Of a stretch of DNA of 64,000 nt, positions 26,153 through 38,595 are shown in pieces. The stretch lies in contig OX597817.1 of the NCBI GenBank assembly GCA_951406725.2, forward strand, positions 103,602,001 through 103,666,000, given 5' to 3'. The notes beneath the pieces were generated by a model. That model had not been told where the DNA came from. It worked only from the letters and a program-made list of their open reading frames with translations, and did not search any database. This stretch comes from Octopus vulgaris. Lineage: Eukaryota. The first letter of the stretch is position 1. Each line of letters opens with the position of its first letter. Both the position numbers and the translations under genes were made by a program.

Positions 26153-26805
26153 ATTCTATAATTATGAGTATAATTATAATTAAGGTTCAGCAAAATTTGC
26201 TTCACCACATACCGAAATTTAGAAATAGCAGTTAAAAACTACTATTCTACTACTATAAGATATCTCCCAGACAGCAATACTCAACAACTCACGCAGGTAA
26301 AGAGAAAAAATAACGAATCTACCCGGCTCTGATTAACTGCATACGCGTTGTGAAAAATGTAATTCAAATTTTAAATTTGAGAGCACTGATAATTAACATA
26401 TGTATTTGACCAAGTGACATCAAACAGCATATATCTAAAGACCAGTACTTCCAAATTCAAACAGACGAATGAGGTATCGCATTCCTCCTCATTCACCCAC
26501 GTGTGCCAACGAGTAAAATTCCGCAGAAACTGCAGTTTACTATCAGGGAGAGAATTATATTATCAATAATAATAAAGGGTAAAATTAATTAATTAATTAA
26601 TTAATTAATTAATAATTAATAATTTTACCAAGTAGTTCGGTATGTTAAAAGAACCATTATCGGTAAACTTATACAAACATTCTATAATTATGAGTATAAT
26701 TATAATTAGGGTTCAGCAAAATTTGCTTCACCACATACCGAAATTTAGAAATAGCAGTTAAACTACTATTCTGCTACCATAAGATATCTCCCAGACAGCA
26801 ATACT
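26153..26805. repeat. ~128-bp direct repeats 525 bp apart (possible pseudo-LTR)
   Basis: attctataattatgagtataattataatta...gatatctcccagacagcaatact at 26153-26281 and 26678-26805. Confidence 0.85.
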
Positions 26806-26818
26806 TATTATTATTATG

Positions 26819-27270
26819 TTTTTTCCTTCTTTCTTCAGATTTTCTTCCATTTCTCGCCGAGTGTTTTCCATACACCTAGGGCAGAGATGCTCATTGCATG
26901 CATTCCCAGATTACACACGCAAATTCACAGGTAAAATATGTATTTAAAAATTAATAAATAAATAAATTCATGGATGGATGTTGTTTTCACAGCGATAATG
27001 CTCTTCTCAGTACATGAGCCGTTCCAGTTAATACGATTTTTTGCACCTCCTGTAGGGATGGTAAGCTTGGACTCATTTTCAAATATGTTTCAGTACCTTT
27101 TTTTAATCATTCCTAGAGATCCTACAATCACTGGTACTGTAGTCGCCTTGAGATGCCACATTTTTTCAATTTCTATTAGCAGGTCTTTATATTTACTTTA
27201 TCTTGTCAAATTCTTTCGCAGCTATATTGTGATCGCAAGGGATACTCATGTCAATTAATAAACACATCTT
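26819..27270 (-). mobile_element. R4/Dong-like RLE LINE 3' fragment (second family)
   Basis: Reads CLLIDMSIPCDHNIAAKEFDK..YKDLLIEIEKMWHLKATTVPVIVGSLGMI. (TTA)n on both sides. Confidence 0.85.
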
Positions 27271-27286
27271 TATTATTATTATTATT

Positions 27287-27939
27287 CAGTAGTTTTATTT
27301 TTATTTTTATAGCGTGCTTTCACTTCACTACCGAGCGCAGCTCTGTGTGCCTTGGATATGTGCTGTGATTTGTTGTGATGCTCTGATGGTTATTGTATGG
27401 AAAGTGTTCTGCGTAGGATGTGGGCAGTGCCTAGTAGTGCAATTTTCTGTATGTTATATGTGTTTGTAAGTCCTGGTGTTTTTGTTATGTATTTGTCTGA
27501 ATATTTTTTTATCATGCCTAATGCACCTACTATGATAGGAATTGTTTCTGTTTTCAGATTCCACATTCTAGTTACCTCTATTTCCAGGTCTTTGTATTTT
27601 GAGAGTTTCTCCATTTCTTTTAGAGACACGTTGTCATCTGCCGGTATTGATACATCAATTAAAAAGCATTTTTTTCTTCATGATCTCTGACAACTATATC
27701 TGGTCTGTTGGCCTTAATTTCTCTATCTGTGTGTATCGGCATATCCCAGAGTATGGTTGCTTTCTCGTTTTCTGTGACCTTTTCTGGTGTGTGCCTATAC
27801 CATCTTTTTTCTGTTGTTATTCCATAATGTTGGCATAGCTTCCAATGTATGTAGGTTCCAACTCTGTCATGTCTGTGAATATATTCCTTCTTAGCCAGGA
27901 CTGGGCAGCTAGAGATAATATGATTTATTGTTTCTTGTC

Positions 27940-27942
<3 letters not shown>
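27287..27942 (-). mobile_element. R4/Dong-like RLE LINE, 5'-truncated; near-identical to 45057-45937
   Basis: Reads ETINHIISSCPVLAKKEYIHRHD...RPDIVV...EKLSKYKDL...IIVGALG. (TTA)n on both sides. Confidence 0.93.
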
Positions 27943-27996
<54 letters not shown>

Positions 27997-28151
27997 CATA
28001 TATCTTACCAAAAACTTTCTGTTCATTTTCCTTTTCATATTTTTTACTGCAATTCACCATGTAGAATTTTTTCTCGAACGTTTTCTCTCTCCCCTCTTTC
28101 TCTCTCTCTCTCTCTCACGTGTATGTGTGTTTGTTTGTAGCCGTATGTATG

Positions 28152-28185
<34 letters not shown>

Positions 28186-28379
28186 TGTATGTATGTATGT
28201 ATGTATGTATGTATGTATGTATGTATGTGTGTGTGTGTTTATGTATGTATGTATGTATGTATGTATGTATGTATGTATGTATGTATGTTTACCTGAGATC
28301 AAGAGTATATTATAGTGAGAATTTGAATATGACTTGGCTTATATGCTTTTATCTTTAATTTTCTACCTCATCACCAAAC

Positions 28380-28962
28380 TTATTTGTTGGTGTAATTTTA
28401 TGATGTTGAACTTGCAGTGATTTGAATCAAAACAGGCTCTAATCTTTCTGTTGCTGATTGGCGCCCATTCTAATAAGGTGTCGGTCTTCTCTTTTGCAGT
28501 TACCAAAGCTACACCGCTCACGTGTGTCTCGTGTTTTTTATATCTTGGCATTTTACTCCCTCGACTCGCACACCTACTCGGGCAGATTTTGATGCTTCAT
28601 ACGTGTTATTTGTATCACACACTCATATTTCAACCTAAGCTTTTACAAGCCCAACTTGATTTATCCACCATATCAATAAATTTCGCCGGATGAATCTCAT
28701 TAAGTATTGTCAATCTGCCCATTGCTTCGCTGAAAATCACTGTATAGCCAAATGTCTGCGGTTTCTGTAACAAAAATATCCTTTAAGAGATAGGATTGTT
28801 GTCCCCATACTCCCAAGGTCTAGCTTGGGGGACAAAGTGCTGGATTTAGTCTGGTCTCCGTTCTGAAATTTGCTAGGGATTACACTTCAGTAACTATGTA
28901 TTCCAAGAGTCACAGAGACACACAAGCCTCTCCACCACGACAAGGTATCAGCACAGGAGAAG
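28380..28962 (-). mobile_element. RTE LINE 5' relic (5' UTR plus apurinic endonuclease start)
   Basis: Reads HVSGVALV...LLEWAPISNRKIRACF. The 5' UTR ccttgtcgtggtggagaggcttgtgtg resembles RTE/BovB/Expander leaders. Confidence 0.7.
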
Positions 28963-28984
28963 GACACTTGAGATCATTTATCTT

Positions 28985-29355
28985 TTATTTTTCATTTGTC
29001 TCAGTTACTTGACTGCGGCCATACTGAGGCACCGCCTTGACGAAATTTAGTCGAACGAATCGACCCCAGTACTTATTTTCTTCTTAAACCTGGTACTTAT
29101 TCTAACGGTTCTTTCGTCGAATTGCTATGTTAGAGAGACACACCAACGCCGGTTGTCAAACGATGGTGGGAGACACACACACACACACATACTACTAGCT
29201 TCTTTCAGTTTTCGTCTGCCAAATCCACTCACAAGGCTTTGGTCGGCCCTAAGTGATAGTAGAAAACACTTGCCCAAAGTGCCACGCAGTGGGACTGAAC
29301 CGGGAACTATGAAGTTTCAAGGCAAACTTCTTACCACACACCCACACATGCGCCT
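28985..29355 (-). mobile_element. tRNA-derived CORE-like SINE
   Basis: Same family as 6330-6725 (tttcagtttt/ccgtc..ccaaatccactcacaaggctttggtc...gggactgaacc). Confidence 0.85.
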
Positions 29356-29510
29356 AAAATTGACCTCGCTTGAAATTGAACCAAGAACGTAGAGTATTTT
29401 TTCCCAATATTTCTAACGGGGCTTCCAACGCGCAAAAAGTATTTATATACCACACATACATACATGCACTTGCGGGTACAGCGGCGGTCACCAGTCAAAT
29501 TTCACAATTA

Positions 29511-30759
29511 TTAGGTCGTCGATTATGAAATTTATAGTAAGGTATATGGTAAAATTTGACAGTTGCTCATTTTGCGCCAGTATTATATTTCACCAATCTT
29601 TATTTTTTGTTAGAAAGCTGACGCATCTATTTCTTTATTCTAACTCATTTTGCGCTTTATAAAGTATTTATAAATCGTTTTTTGCTATTTTTGTTTAGAG
29701 ATGGATAAATCGGAAATTCGTAGTTTTGAAATATGGGTTTTTTCTTGGAAATACAGCATCACAGACAGCTCGGAATATTAATGGAGTATTTCTTTCTAAT
29801 GTTATTACACACAGTGTCAAATTGGTTTGCAAAATTTCGTTCTGGTAACTTTGACCTCACAAATAAGCAACGCGGTCAACCAGAAACAAAGATGGATAAT
29901 GACGAACTCAAAGCCACCGTCGAGTCAGATCCATCTCAAAGTCCCCGTGAATCATCGTTGTTGTTTGGTATTAGCAAACAAACAATATTGACTCACCTAG
30001 TTGAAACCGGTAAAGTGAAAATGTTTGATTAGTGGGTTCCACATGAACTCAATGAAAATCAGAAACAGCAACGTTTGGAAGCCTGCACTATGCTACTTTC
30101 TCGTTACAATAATGAATCATTTTGGAATCGAATTATAAAAGTGATGAGAAATGGTTGGACAAAGACGAGCCACCAAAACAGTCTAAAAAGCAAAATTCAT
30201 CAAAAGAAGCTGATGGTGTATGTTTAGTGGTCTGGCGCATGTGTGATCCATTATGATTTCATTAAACCTAGCTCATCAATCACGGCCGAAGGATACTACA
30301 GCCAACTGAACCAAATGATGCAGAAATTTACAAAAGAAAAAAACAGCCTAGATTAGTCAAGAGATCCACTCCTATTTTACTGCAAGACAACGCCAGACTA
30401 CACATCGCAAAAATGACACTGGTGAAACTAAAGGAGTTGGAGTTGGAAGTTCTCCATCATCCACCATACTCACCTGATCTTACCTCACTGATTACTACTT
30501 CTTCCAGAATTTGGATAACCTTTTGATAGGAAAATTTTTTTAATTCCGACGATGCTGTAAAACAGGCGTTCCAAGATTTTATTGACTCTAGATTGCCAGG
30601 CTTTTACAGATCCGAGTTGGACAAGCTACCACTGAAATGGTAAAAGCGTATTGACAATATGGGTGCATATTTTGATAAATAAAACTATTTATTCCTTGTA
30701 TTTATAAAACATGGGCAAACTTTTTCTCTTTTCTACAAATTTCATACTTGACGACCTAA
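29511..30759 (+). mobile_element. Mariner (DD34D) transposon, full-length but degraded
   Basis: TA|ttaggtcgtcgattatgaaattt ... aaatttcatacttgacgacctaa|TA. Reads WFAKFRSGNFDL, WVPHEL, LLQDNARLH, HPPYSPDL. Confidence 0.95.
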
Positions 30760-30812
30760 TATATAGATTTAATCATACACAATTATGTGTGGTTGAGCGT
30801 GTGTGCGTGTGT

Positions 30813-30905
<93 letters not shown>

Positions 30906-30925
30906 CAGACAGATATATATATATT

Positions 30926-30956
<31 letters not shown>

Positions 30957-31539
30957 GCATACATAAATATATGAATGTGCATATGCATGTATGTGCGTGC
31001 GTGTGAATGTGTTTATGTAACACATACATGTGTAATTTTGCCCTTAAAAGAATAGTTAACGAAATATTTTTATAAGCTACATTTGCTAAGAATTTCCTAA
31101 ACATTCTTTAGAAGATATAATTAAGGAGATATAATTAATGTTTGGTCTGATGGAATGAATAAAAAATTGCTTGCATTCACACAGCCATATATGTATTGTT
31201 TCACAGCTGTTTGTGTGTGTACGTGGGGTGCCTGTACGTGAATTATGTATGTATCGATATATATGTGTACACACATACACACACATGTATGTATGTATGT
31301 ATGTATGTATGTATGTATGTATGTAGTTCATATGAATACTTTATTCTTCTGTGTGCCAATACTTAAAATATTTTCCGGCAAATATGTTCATAAAAATGCC
31401 TTGTGAGTGGATCTGGTACACGAAAACTGAAAGAAGTCATATATATATACATATATATGACTTCCGTGTTCAGGCTGAGTTCATAACCCGAGTGAAACCG
31501 GATCCTTCTGCCTTTTTCAACCGATTTTTTCCATCAATC

Positions 31540-32155
31540 TTTCAATTATAAAGTGTGTGCTTGCATACATATATATATACACATATAAACACACATATAA
31601 ACCTCTACATTTGTACACACACGCACATATATATATACATTCACTCGCACGCACGTATTTACATATATATACAATACACGCACACAAACATACACACGTA
31701 CAAACACACACAAATTCACATACACACCGACACATATACATACACACAATATATACCCACACGCCCACGCACATACACACACATACAAACGCACACACAA
31801 CTACACGCACATACATACACACACACACACACAAATGAACCCACACATACGTCCCATACACACGGCACACAATTATACATACACGCACACAATTATACAT
31901 ACATATATATACACACACTCGCACGTACAAGCACACATACACTAAGTTAAGCAAAACACACACACACGATACATATACATACACGCACACACACATACCT
32001 CTTTGTTTTTTACCTGTGGCTGGACATAAAAAACACCACTCCTTATTCTTACATACTGGCCAGCTACTAGCCAGTTGTTCGCCATACACACATACACACA
32101 CACACTTGTCATCATTGCACACATACACACACACGCAGACCCCGCGCACGCACAC
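31540..32155. repeat. Degenerate (CA)/(TA)-rich low-complexity tract (another at 33350-34190)
   Basis: Direct reading. Source of the spurious His/Thr- and Val/Cys-rich ORFs. Confidence 0.95.
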
Positions 32156-32330
32156 ATTCCCCCTCTCACTTTCCTTGTCTTTACCATACTGTCTTTGAAA
32201 ACTCTCCTGTCTTTAAAAAACATTATTCTTCCACCTTTCTACTTCCGGTCTTTCAATATGTGACCTCGTGAGTACCGCTGGCGATTTTTTTTCCTCTGTC
32301 TTCCCTTCTCGGGATCTTTCCTTCTCCTAT

Positions 32331-32365
32331 GTTTCCGACGAAGAGCTCCGCTCGAAACGTTAAAC
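32331..32365 (+). ncRNA. Minimal hammerhead motif with an extra A after the core (family B); sibling at 34265-34300
   Basis: gttt-CCGACGA-a-gagc tcc gctc-GAAA-CG-TT-aaac. Confidence 0.65.
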
Positions 32366-32480
32366 CCTCCTTTCCTGAGCGTCCAATTATACTTTATTTG
32401 TTCCACGTCCTCGCGTTGCTGTTTTTTTGTATTGTTTTGTTTGGATTAACTTTATATATATATTTATATACATACATACA

Positions 32481-33300
32481 CGCAGAAGGACCCGGTTTCA
32501 CTCGGGTTATAAACTCAGCCTGAACACGGTACTCTTTGCTTGTAGTGTAAGATTAGTGTATTCCTCAGAAAATAATACTTTTAACACTCAATAGTTTTAC
32601 ACTTCTGTACATTACATGCACATACTATTCGTGCAAGAGCTTCTTCATATACTGTTTTCTGCCTTGTCATGTTTATCACTGAGAATGTAGAGGTCATTTT
32701 CCTCACCAACTCAGGAACATCCAATGTACATCTGACCATGTGAGAAGCATGGTTGAAGGAGGTTAAGTCCCACCACCTTCAGAAATTGATCTTGTGCTTT
32801 GTTGATAGACATTGCAAAGCTCAGTCTGAATCTGCAGTCTCTTGAACTGAAAGGGGAGCTCATTTGAGATGAGAGGGATTTTTGGAATGAAAACATTCTC
32901 ACACGTCATGTTGCCTGTAATTATTGTTGCTTCCAACACATGGGGAATGGCTGTTTTAACAACCAGCCTTGTTCATTTGCAGAGTCTAGGTGTATCAAGG
33001 TTTCTTAACAACATTATGGGAGCACTTGTTTTCATGATCAGAATGTGTGGCGGAAATCCTGGCGGTTGAAGTGAATGGTAGAACTCCACTGGGTAATGTG
33101 TTGCTTGTTCTTGATCAGAGACAGAGTCAATTGATCTGTCTGAACATTCAGTTCCAGGAAGCTGAGACGACAAATTTAGACTCAGCTTGTCTACAACATC
33201 ATTCCTTGGGCCAGAATTGTTCTTTTAACATAGCCACTTTTGTAGGTTGCGGCAATGTTTGAAAAGACCTTGCTCTTCAGTTCTTCAAGGGAGGAAGTCA
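32481..33300 (-). mobile_element. Helitron helicase 3' relic with terminal hairpin
   Basis: Reads YPVEF..LQPPGFPPHIL...IMLLRNLDTPRLC, RLSFAMSINKAQ...VVGLNL..CFSHGQMY.GCS. Terminal cccg-agtgaaac-cggg hairpin. Confidence 0.9.
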
Positions 33301-34434
33301 TATTTCTACATGGGAAGTAGTGCCGACTATCTTCTGGATACACGAAAAATAAACGCACATATACCTCCACACACACAAATACACACGCACACACACACAT
33401 ATATAAATACGCACACACATACACACGCGCACATACACATGTATGCGCAGATACCTCCCACACACACTCATACAGACACGCACACAATTACACAAACATG
33501 GGCATATACACACGCACACACAAGCACGCACGCGCACACACACAGGAACGCTCATATACTCCACACACACAACCCGACGCTCACACACATATACACACGT
33601 ACATACACACATATATACACACATACACAACATATACATACACGCACACATAAATATACACTCGCGCACATACACCCCTACACACACATGCATACATCTA
33701 CATATACACACACAGGCACACATACACGCACACATAACTACACGTACATACACACACGCACGCACAAAAACGCACATATACCTCCGCACACAACTCCTCG
33801 TTCACACACATACACATACATGCACACGCATATGAACTCACACAAACCTCCCACACACACAAAACACACTCATGCATACACGCACACAATTACACATACA
33901 CGGGCATATACACACGCACGCAAGCACACGTACACACACAGAGGAACGTACATATACTCCACACACACACAACCCCACCTACGCACACCTACACTCACGC
34001 ACACACACATACACACACGCACACAGACGCATGCACAACATTCCATACACGCACACACGTACATACACATATAAACTGACAAAATCACACACTCCACACA
34101 CATACGCACACGTGCTGCTATACACACATACGTACTATTACACACACACAGACTTCTGCGCACACACACACCCATACATACACATTCACACCTCCTTCTC
34201 TTACACTCTCCTGTCTTAGAAAGAGCTTTTTATTCACCCATTCCTTTCTATTGGACTTTCCTCTGTTTCCGAAGAAGAGCGTCTGCTCGAAACTTTAAAC
34301 CATCTTTCTTTCCTTCGCTGAGCGTCTGCTAATACTTTATATGTACCACGTCCTCGTGATGTTGTGCTTTTGTGTTTGTTCTTTTTGGGATTTACTATTT
34401 ATCTATCTATCTCTCTCTCTCACTCTCTCTCTCA

Positions 34435-34471
<37 letters not shown>

Positions 34472-34560
34472 CATACATACATATATATATATATATACAT
34501 ACATACATACATATATATACATACATACATATATATACATACATACATATATATACATAC

Positions 34561-34640
<80 letters not shown>

Positions 34641-34647
34641 ATGCTGA

Positions 34648-35892
34648 CTCCTGGGAAGAATGACAGTGGCCGAAGTTGTATATAACATATTTTTTTCACC
34701 ATTACATATAATTTAAGCCAACCAGCCAGAAAACATACGAAGTACGAGAGTTATATTTTCTTATAAACCGCTAGATAGTGTTGAACTTACATAATCCCGT
34801 TCGATGTAGCAGCAGTAACTAAACTGATTAAGCGATGCAGTTGAAACGAAAGTGAGTGAGTAAAAGATGTAAGAGAGTGGTGGACAAGTCTGCTCTATAG
34901 CTGGTGGAGTCCATAGCTATCCTATGACGTTCTATCGAGACGGTATTTCGTGTCGGTCGGCCTGCTCCCCGTCGTTCGCTCTCACCCACTGGTTTTTCAT
35001 TACGGAATTCTAGTATTAATAATTGTGCTCACTAGCTAAGGAAATGGGATATACCGTTCAGGTAGTTTTGGGGCAGATGGCTGTCGAAATGTTGCGTTTA
35101 TGGGCTTCCATGGTCAGCGAATTCCTTAGTGGTTCTGTGCATCATAGTGGAGTGCGTTGCAGTTTAGTGCATTTTCCAGCAGGTCGAAATCAAGTTGCGG
35201 ATTTCCATTGTATCGGCGAGTTCTTTTCCTTTGTGTTGTACGACAGCAGAAGCGTAAGCTGTGTGTCGTGAAAATTGTCTTCGATGTGACCGCATTTGGT
35301 GAAGGCCGTAATTACTTTCACGAAGTAGTGCGATGCAGCAAGTGTTCAAGCGAAGGTAGCAATTCTTTAGCTCGGGGTCACCAATTGTAGCGGCTAATGT
35401 ATTATCATGTCGGGGTCACCACAATGTAAGGTGTAATGCATATGTTGTAAGGCGAAAATGATTAATGTTGATACTTGACTCCAGGAAAGAAAGACAGAGG
35501 CCAAAGTTGTAGATAACATATTCATTTCACCATTACATATAATTTAAGCCAAATCACGACGGGCAGGCGTGTATAAAAACAGTCAGAAAGCCTATGAAGT
35601 AACGAGAGTTATATTTTCTTGTAAAAGAGTAGATATGTTGAACCTAGAAATTTCTATGTTCCTTGTCGTTGTAGCAGCAGTAACTAAATTGATTGAGTGT
35701 TGTTGTTGAAACGAAAGTGGGTAAGAAGGGTAAGAGAATGTTGGACAAGAAAATTGTATCGCTGATGGATTCCATAGCTGTCCTGTCGTCCTGCTCTCTG
35801 TTGGTCGATCTCACCCATTGATTTTTCATTATGGAATTCTAGTATTTATAATTGTGCAGACTGGCTTGGAAAATGGATATACGGTTCTAACA
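34648..35892 (-). mobile_element. LTR retrotransposon relic (TRIM-like) with two tRNA-Trp primer binding sites
   Basis: Diverged ~410-bp direct repeats. The right repeat 35425-35892 reads TGTTAG...CTTACA on the - strand and is followed by TGGTGACCCCGACATGAT (35404-35421). A second TGGTGACCCCGA is at 35372-35383. Confidence 0.75.
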
Positions 35893-36094
35893 ATGGTTAA
35901 ATTAATGTAGGTCACTCATTATCTATTTACACTTTTCATGGCATAGAAAAGGTTAAGAGTCAAGTGGAAAACACATAGATCTGCGTTCCTCCTTGACAGA
36001 ACAATAGGGCGAATGGCTAAGGAGAATTTACAGATTCAGTTTCGAATCTCAGGTAGGGTCACGCGAGGTTCCCCCTCCCCACATATACATATTT

Positions 36095-36327
36095 TATTCT
36101 TTCAGTCATTTGACTGCGGCCGTGCTGGATTTTAATCGAACAAATCGGCCCGAGGACTTATTCTGTGTAAGCATAGTACTTATTCTGTCATTCTCCTTTG
36201 CCAAACCGATAGGTTGCGGGGACTTAAACATACCAACATCGGTTGTCAATCAAGCGATGGTTGGGAGGACAAACACAGAGACACAAACTCATATATATAT
36301 ATGAGTTTGTGTCTCTGTGTTTGTCCT

Positions 36328-36388
<61 letters not shown>

Positions 36389-36560
36389 CATATGCACGAC
36401 AGGCTTCTTTCAGTTTCCGTCTACCAAATCCACTCAAAATGCTTTGGCCGATTCGAAGCTATAGTAGAAGACACTTGCCCAAGGGGACATGCCGTGGGAC
36501 TGAACCCGAAACTATGTGGTTGGAAAACAAGCTCCTTACCACACAGCCACGCCTGCGCGT
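36095..36560 (-). mobile_element. tRNA-derived CORE-like SINE with internal (TA)n
   Basis: Family match to 6330-6725 and 47245-47625. Confidence 0.85.
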
Positions 36561-37203
36561 GTATGTATGTGTTTGTGTCTTTGTGTTTGAAGGGATTAAT
36601 CGAAAAAATCCCGTCAAGTGGTGTTCCAGAATGGCCGCAGTCTAATACCTGAAATAATTGAAAGACAAAATATATATAATGTAAAAACAAAGTTATAAAA
36701 GAACAAACTGAAATGTTTGTTCTAATATTACTCAATATTAGAAACAGTTTTACTCATTTCTTATTCTAATAACAGTTTCACAATTACACCATTATGTACA
36801 TTAAATACATGTTTTTGTTTCAATATATTCTTTCATTCATATCTCAAAACTAAAAACGAATATGCATTTAACAAAACACGAATGATAGAACTTATTCGTG
36901 TAAATTATTCTGCACACACCCACGTTATCAGAATCATATTTGAAATTGCTAAAATAACATATAATGATGCAGAGATAAGAATAATATAGATATATAGATA
37001 AGAATATACGTTTAAAATATGAAAATAAGATATTGAATATGAAAAAATATAAAATATAAGATATAGCTAAAAAATATAAAATAGTTTACTTTAAATTAGG
37101 ATTCGCTTAACTTGTTTTACACATTCTTTTAAAGTACATATTCCATTTTATAATATATATATATATATATATATATCTTCTTTCATTATTTTACTTGTTT
37201 CAG

Positions 37204-37389
37204 TCTGCTACTCAGAGTTTCACGTTCCCGTTCGTCTGGCAGTTGTGATCAAGAATAACCCGACAAACGAGAAACTCTGAGTAGCAGTTTTTGTGATGCT
37301 TTTGCAGCTTTAATAGTAAATCACATTACTCTACCTTCGGTCTTCGAGTACTAGTTTTTCCATTTTGTTTTGTATTTATGTGCTTACTC

Positions 37390-37391
<2 letters not shown>
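37204..37391 (+). mobile_element. Family A hammerhead element, degraded head-to-head pair
   Basis: Minus motif at 37205-37242 (stem I ctgc/gcag), partial plus motif ending gaaactctgagtagcag, and the shared tail ending at (TA)n. Confidence 0.72.
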
Positions 37392-37450
<59 letters not shown>

Positions 37451-37452
<2 letters not shown>

Positions 37453-38314
37453 GGATGTTTCATTTGATATCATTTGAAATGTAAATATCATAGAAATAAC
37501 ATAATCAAAGCAAATGAAACTAAACAGGCTTAATGTTGAGCAACATAAGATTTATCCCTCCAAATTTGAATGAGAAATTCAAAGGTATGTGGATTCCATG
37601 AACGATTTCACAAATGTTCAATATGCGCACTACCTGAGACACAGCACACATCAAGTCGGTAGTGTAGCTCCTCCCAAACACGCTGCAGCATGTCTTGTGT
37701 AACAGTCTCCAGTGCGGTAGTGATATTCTGCTCGAGTTCCTCTAGGTTTGCAGGAAGAGGTGGGGACCAGACCCTTCACATAGCCCCATGTTTGTGCATT
37801 CGCTTGTCATCTGCTGTTATGGCCTGAACAAGCTGCAACTTGTAAGGTTTCATTAGCAAGCGTTTCCTCAGGATGCACCAAACTGTCGGTGGAGGAATCT
37901 GTGTTTCCAGACTTGATCTTATGGACTTCTTAGGACTTCGCAAGAGGTTTTGGCGAACCCGCTCGACCGTCTCTTCCGATGTTAGTGGTTGTCCAAATCC
38001 TTTTGCCCTGCACAGATAGCCTTCCTCTCTGAAATTTTTGTGCAATGTCCAAATCTGCATTGGCGTTGGTGACTTTTTAGAGAACTTTCTCACAAATGCA
38101 CACTGCACAGTCTTGTTCGACTGTATTTGAGCATACTCCAACACACAAAAGGCCTTCTCTATTCCAGTGAATGCCATTTCTATACCTGAAAAGATAAACA
38201 TATCAAACATTAAATATAGAATTCTGACCTGTTTTTACACATGCTGTTAAAATTTGAAGTCATTTGAACAAGAACTGGCAAAATATTGCGAAATATCAAA
38301 TTTTTTGAAACACC

Positions 38315-38318
<4 letters not shown>
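37451..38318 (-). mobile_element. Tc1/mariner rosa (DD41D-like) transposon, internally deleted
   Basis: DUF4817-like N-terminus (EKAFCVLEYA..SNKTVQ..F), LRKRLLMKPYKLQLVQAI and C-terminal MLQRVWEELHYRLDVC. TIR-like caggatgtttca / tgaaacaccct. Confidence 0.85.
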
Positions 38319-38371
<53 letters not shown>

Positions 38372-38519
38372 CATATATATATATACATAATCAGCCGAAA
38401 TTACTACGATGATCCGGTTCTTGACTGAAGACTGAGGGTTTCGAATGTCCTGTCCGTGTTTATTGTATCGTCTTCTAAGAGTTATACGTTCTTGTCCATG
38501 TTGTATTTTTCTACATACC

Positions 38520-38595
<76 letters not shown>

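Noticed and set aside
38391-38433. GAAA...CTGAAGA arrangement suggesting a type II hammerhead
   Set aside because: Stems I and III cannot be paired convincingly.
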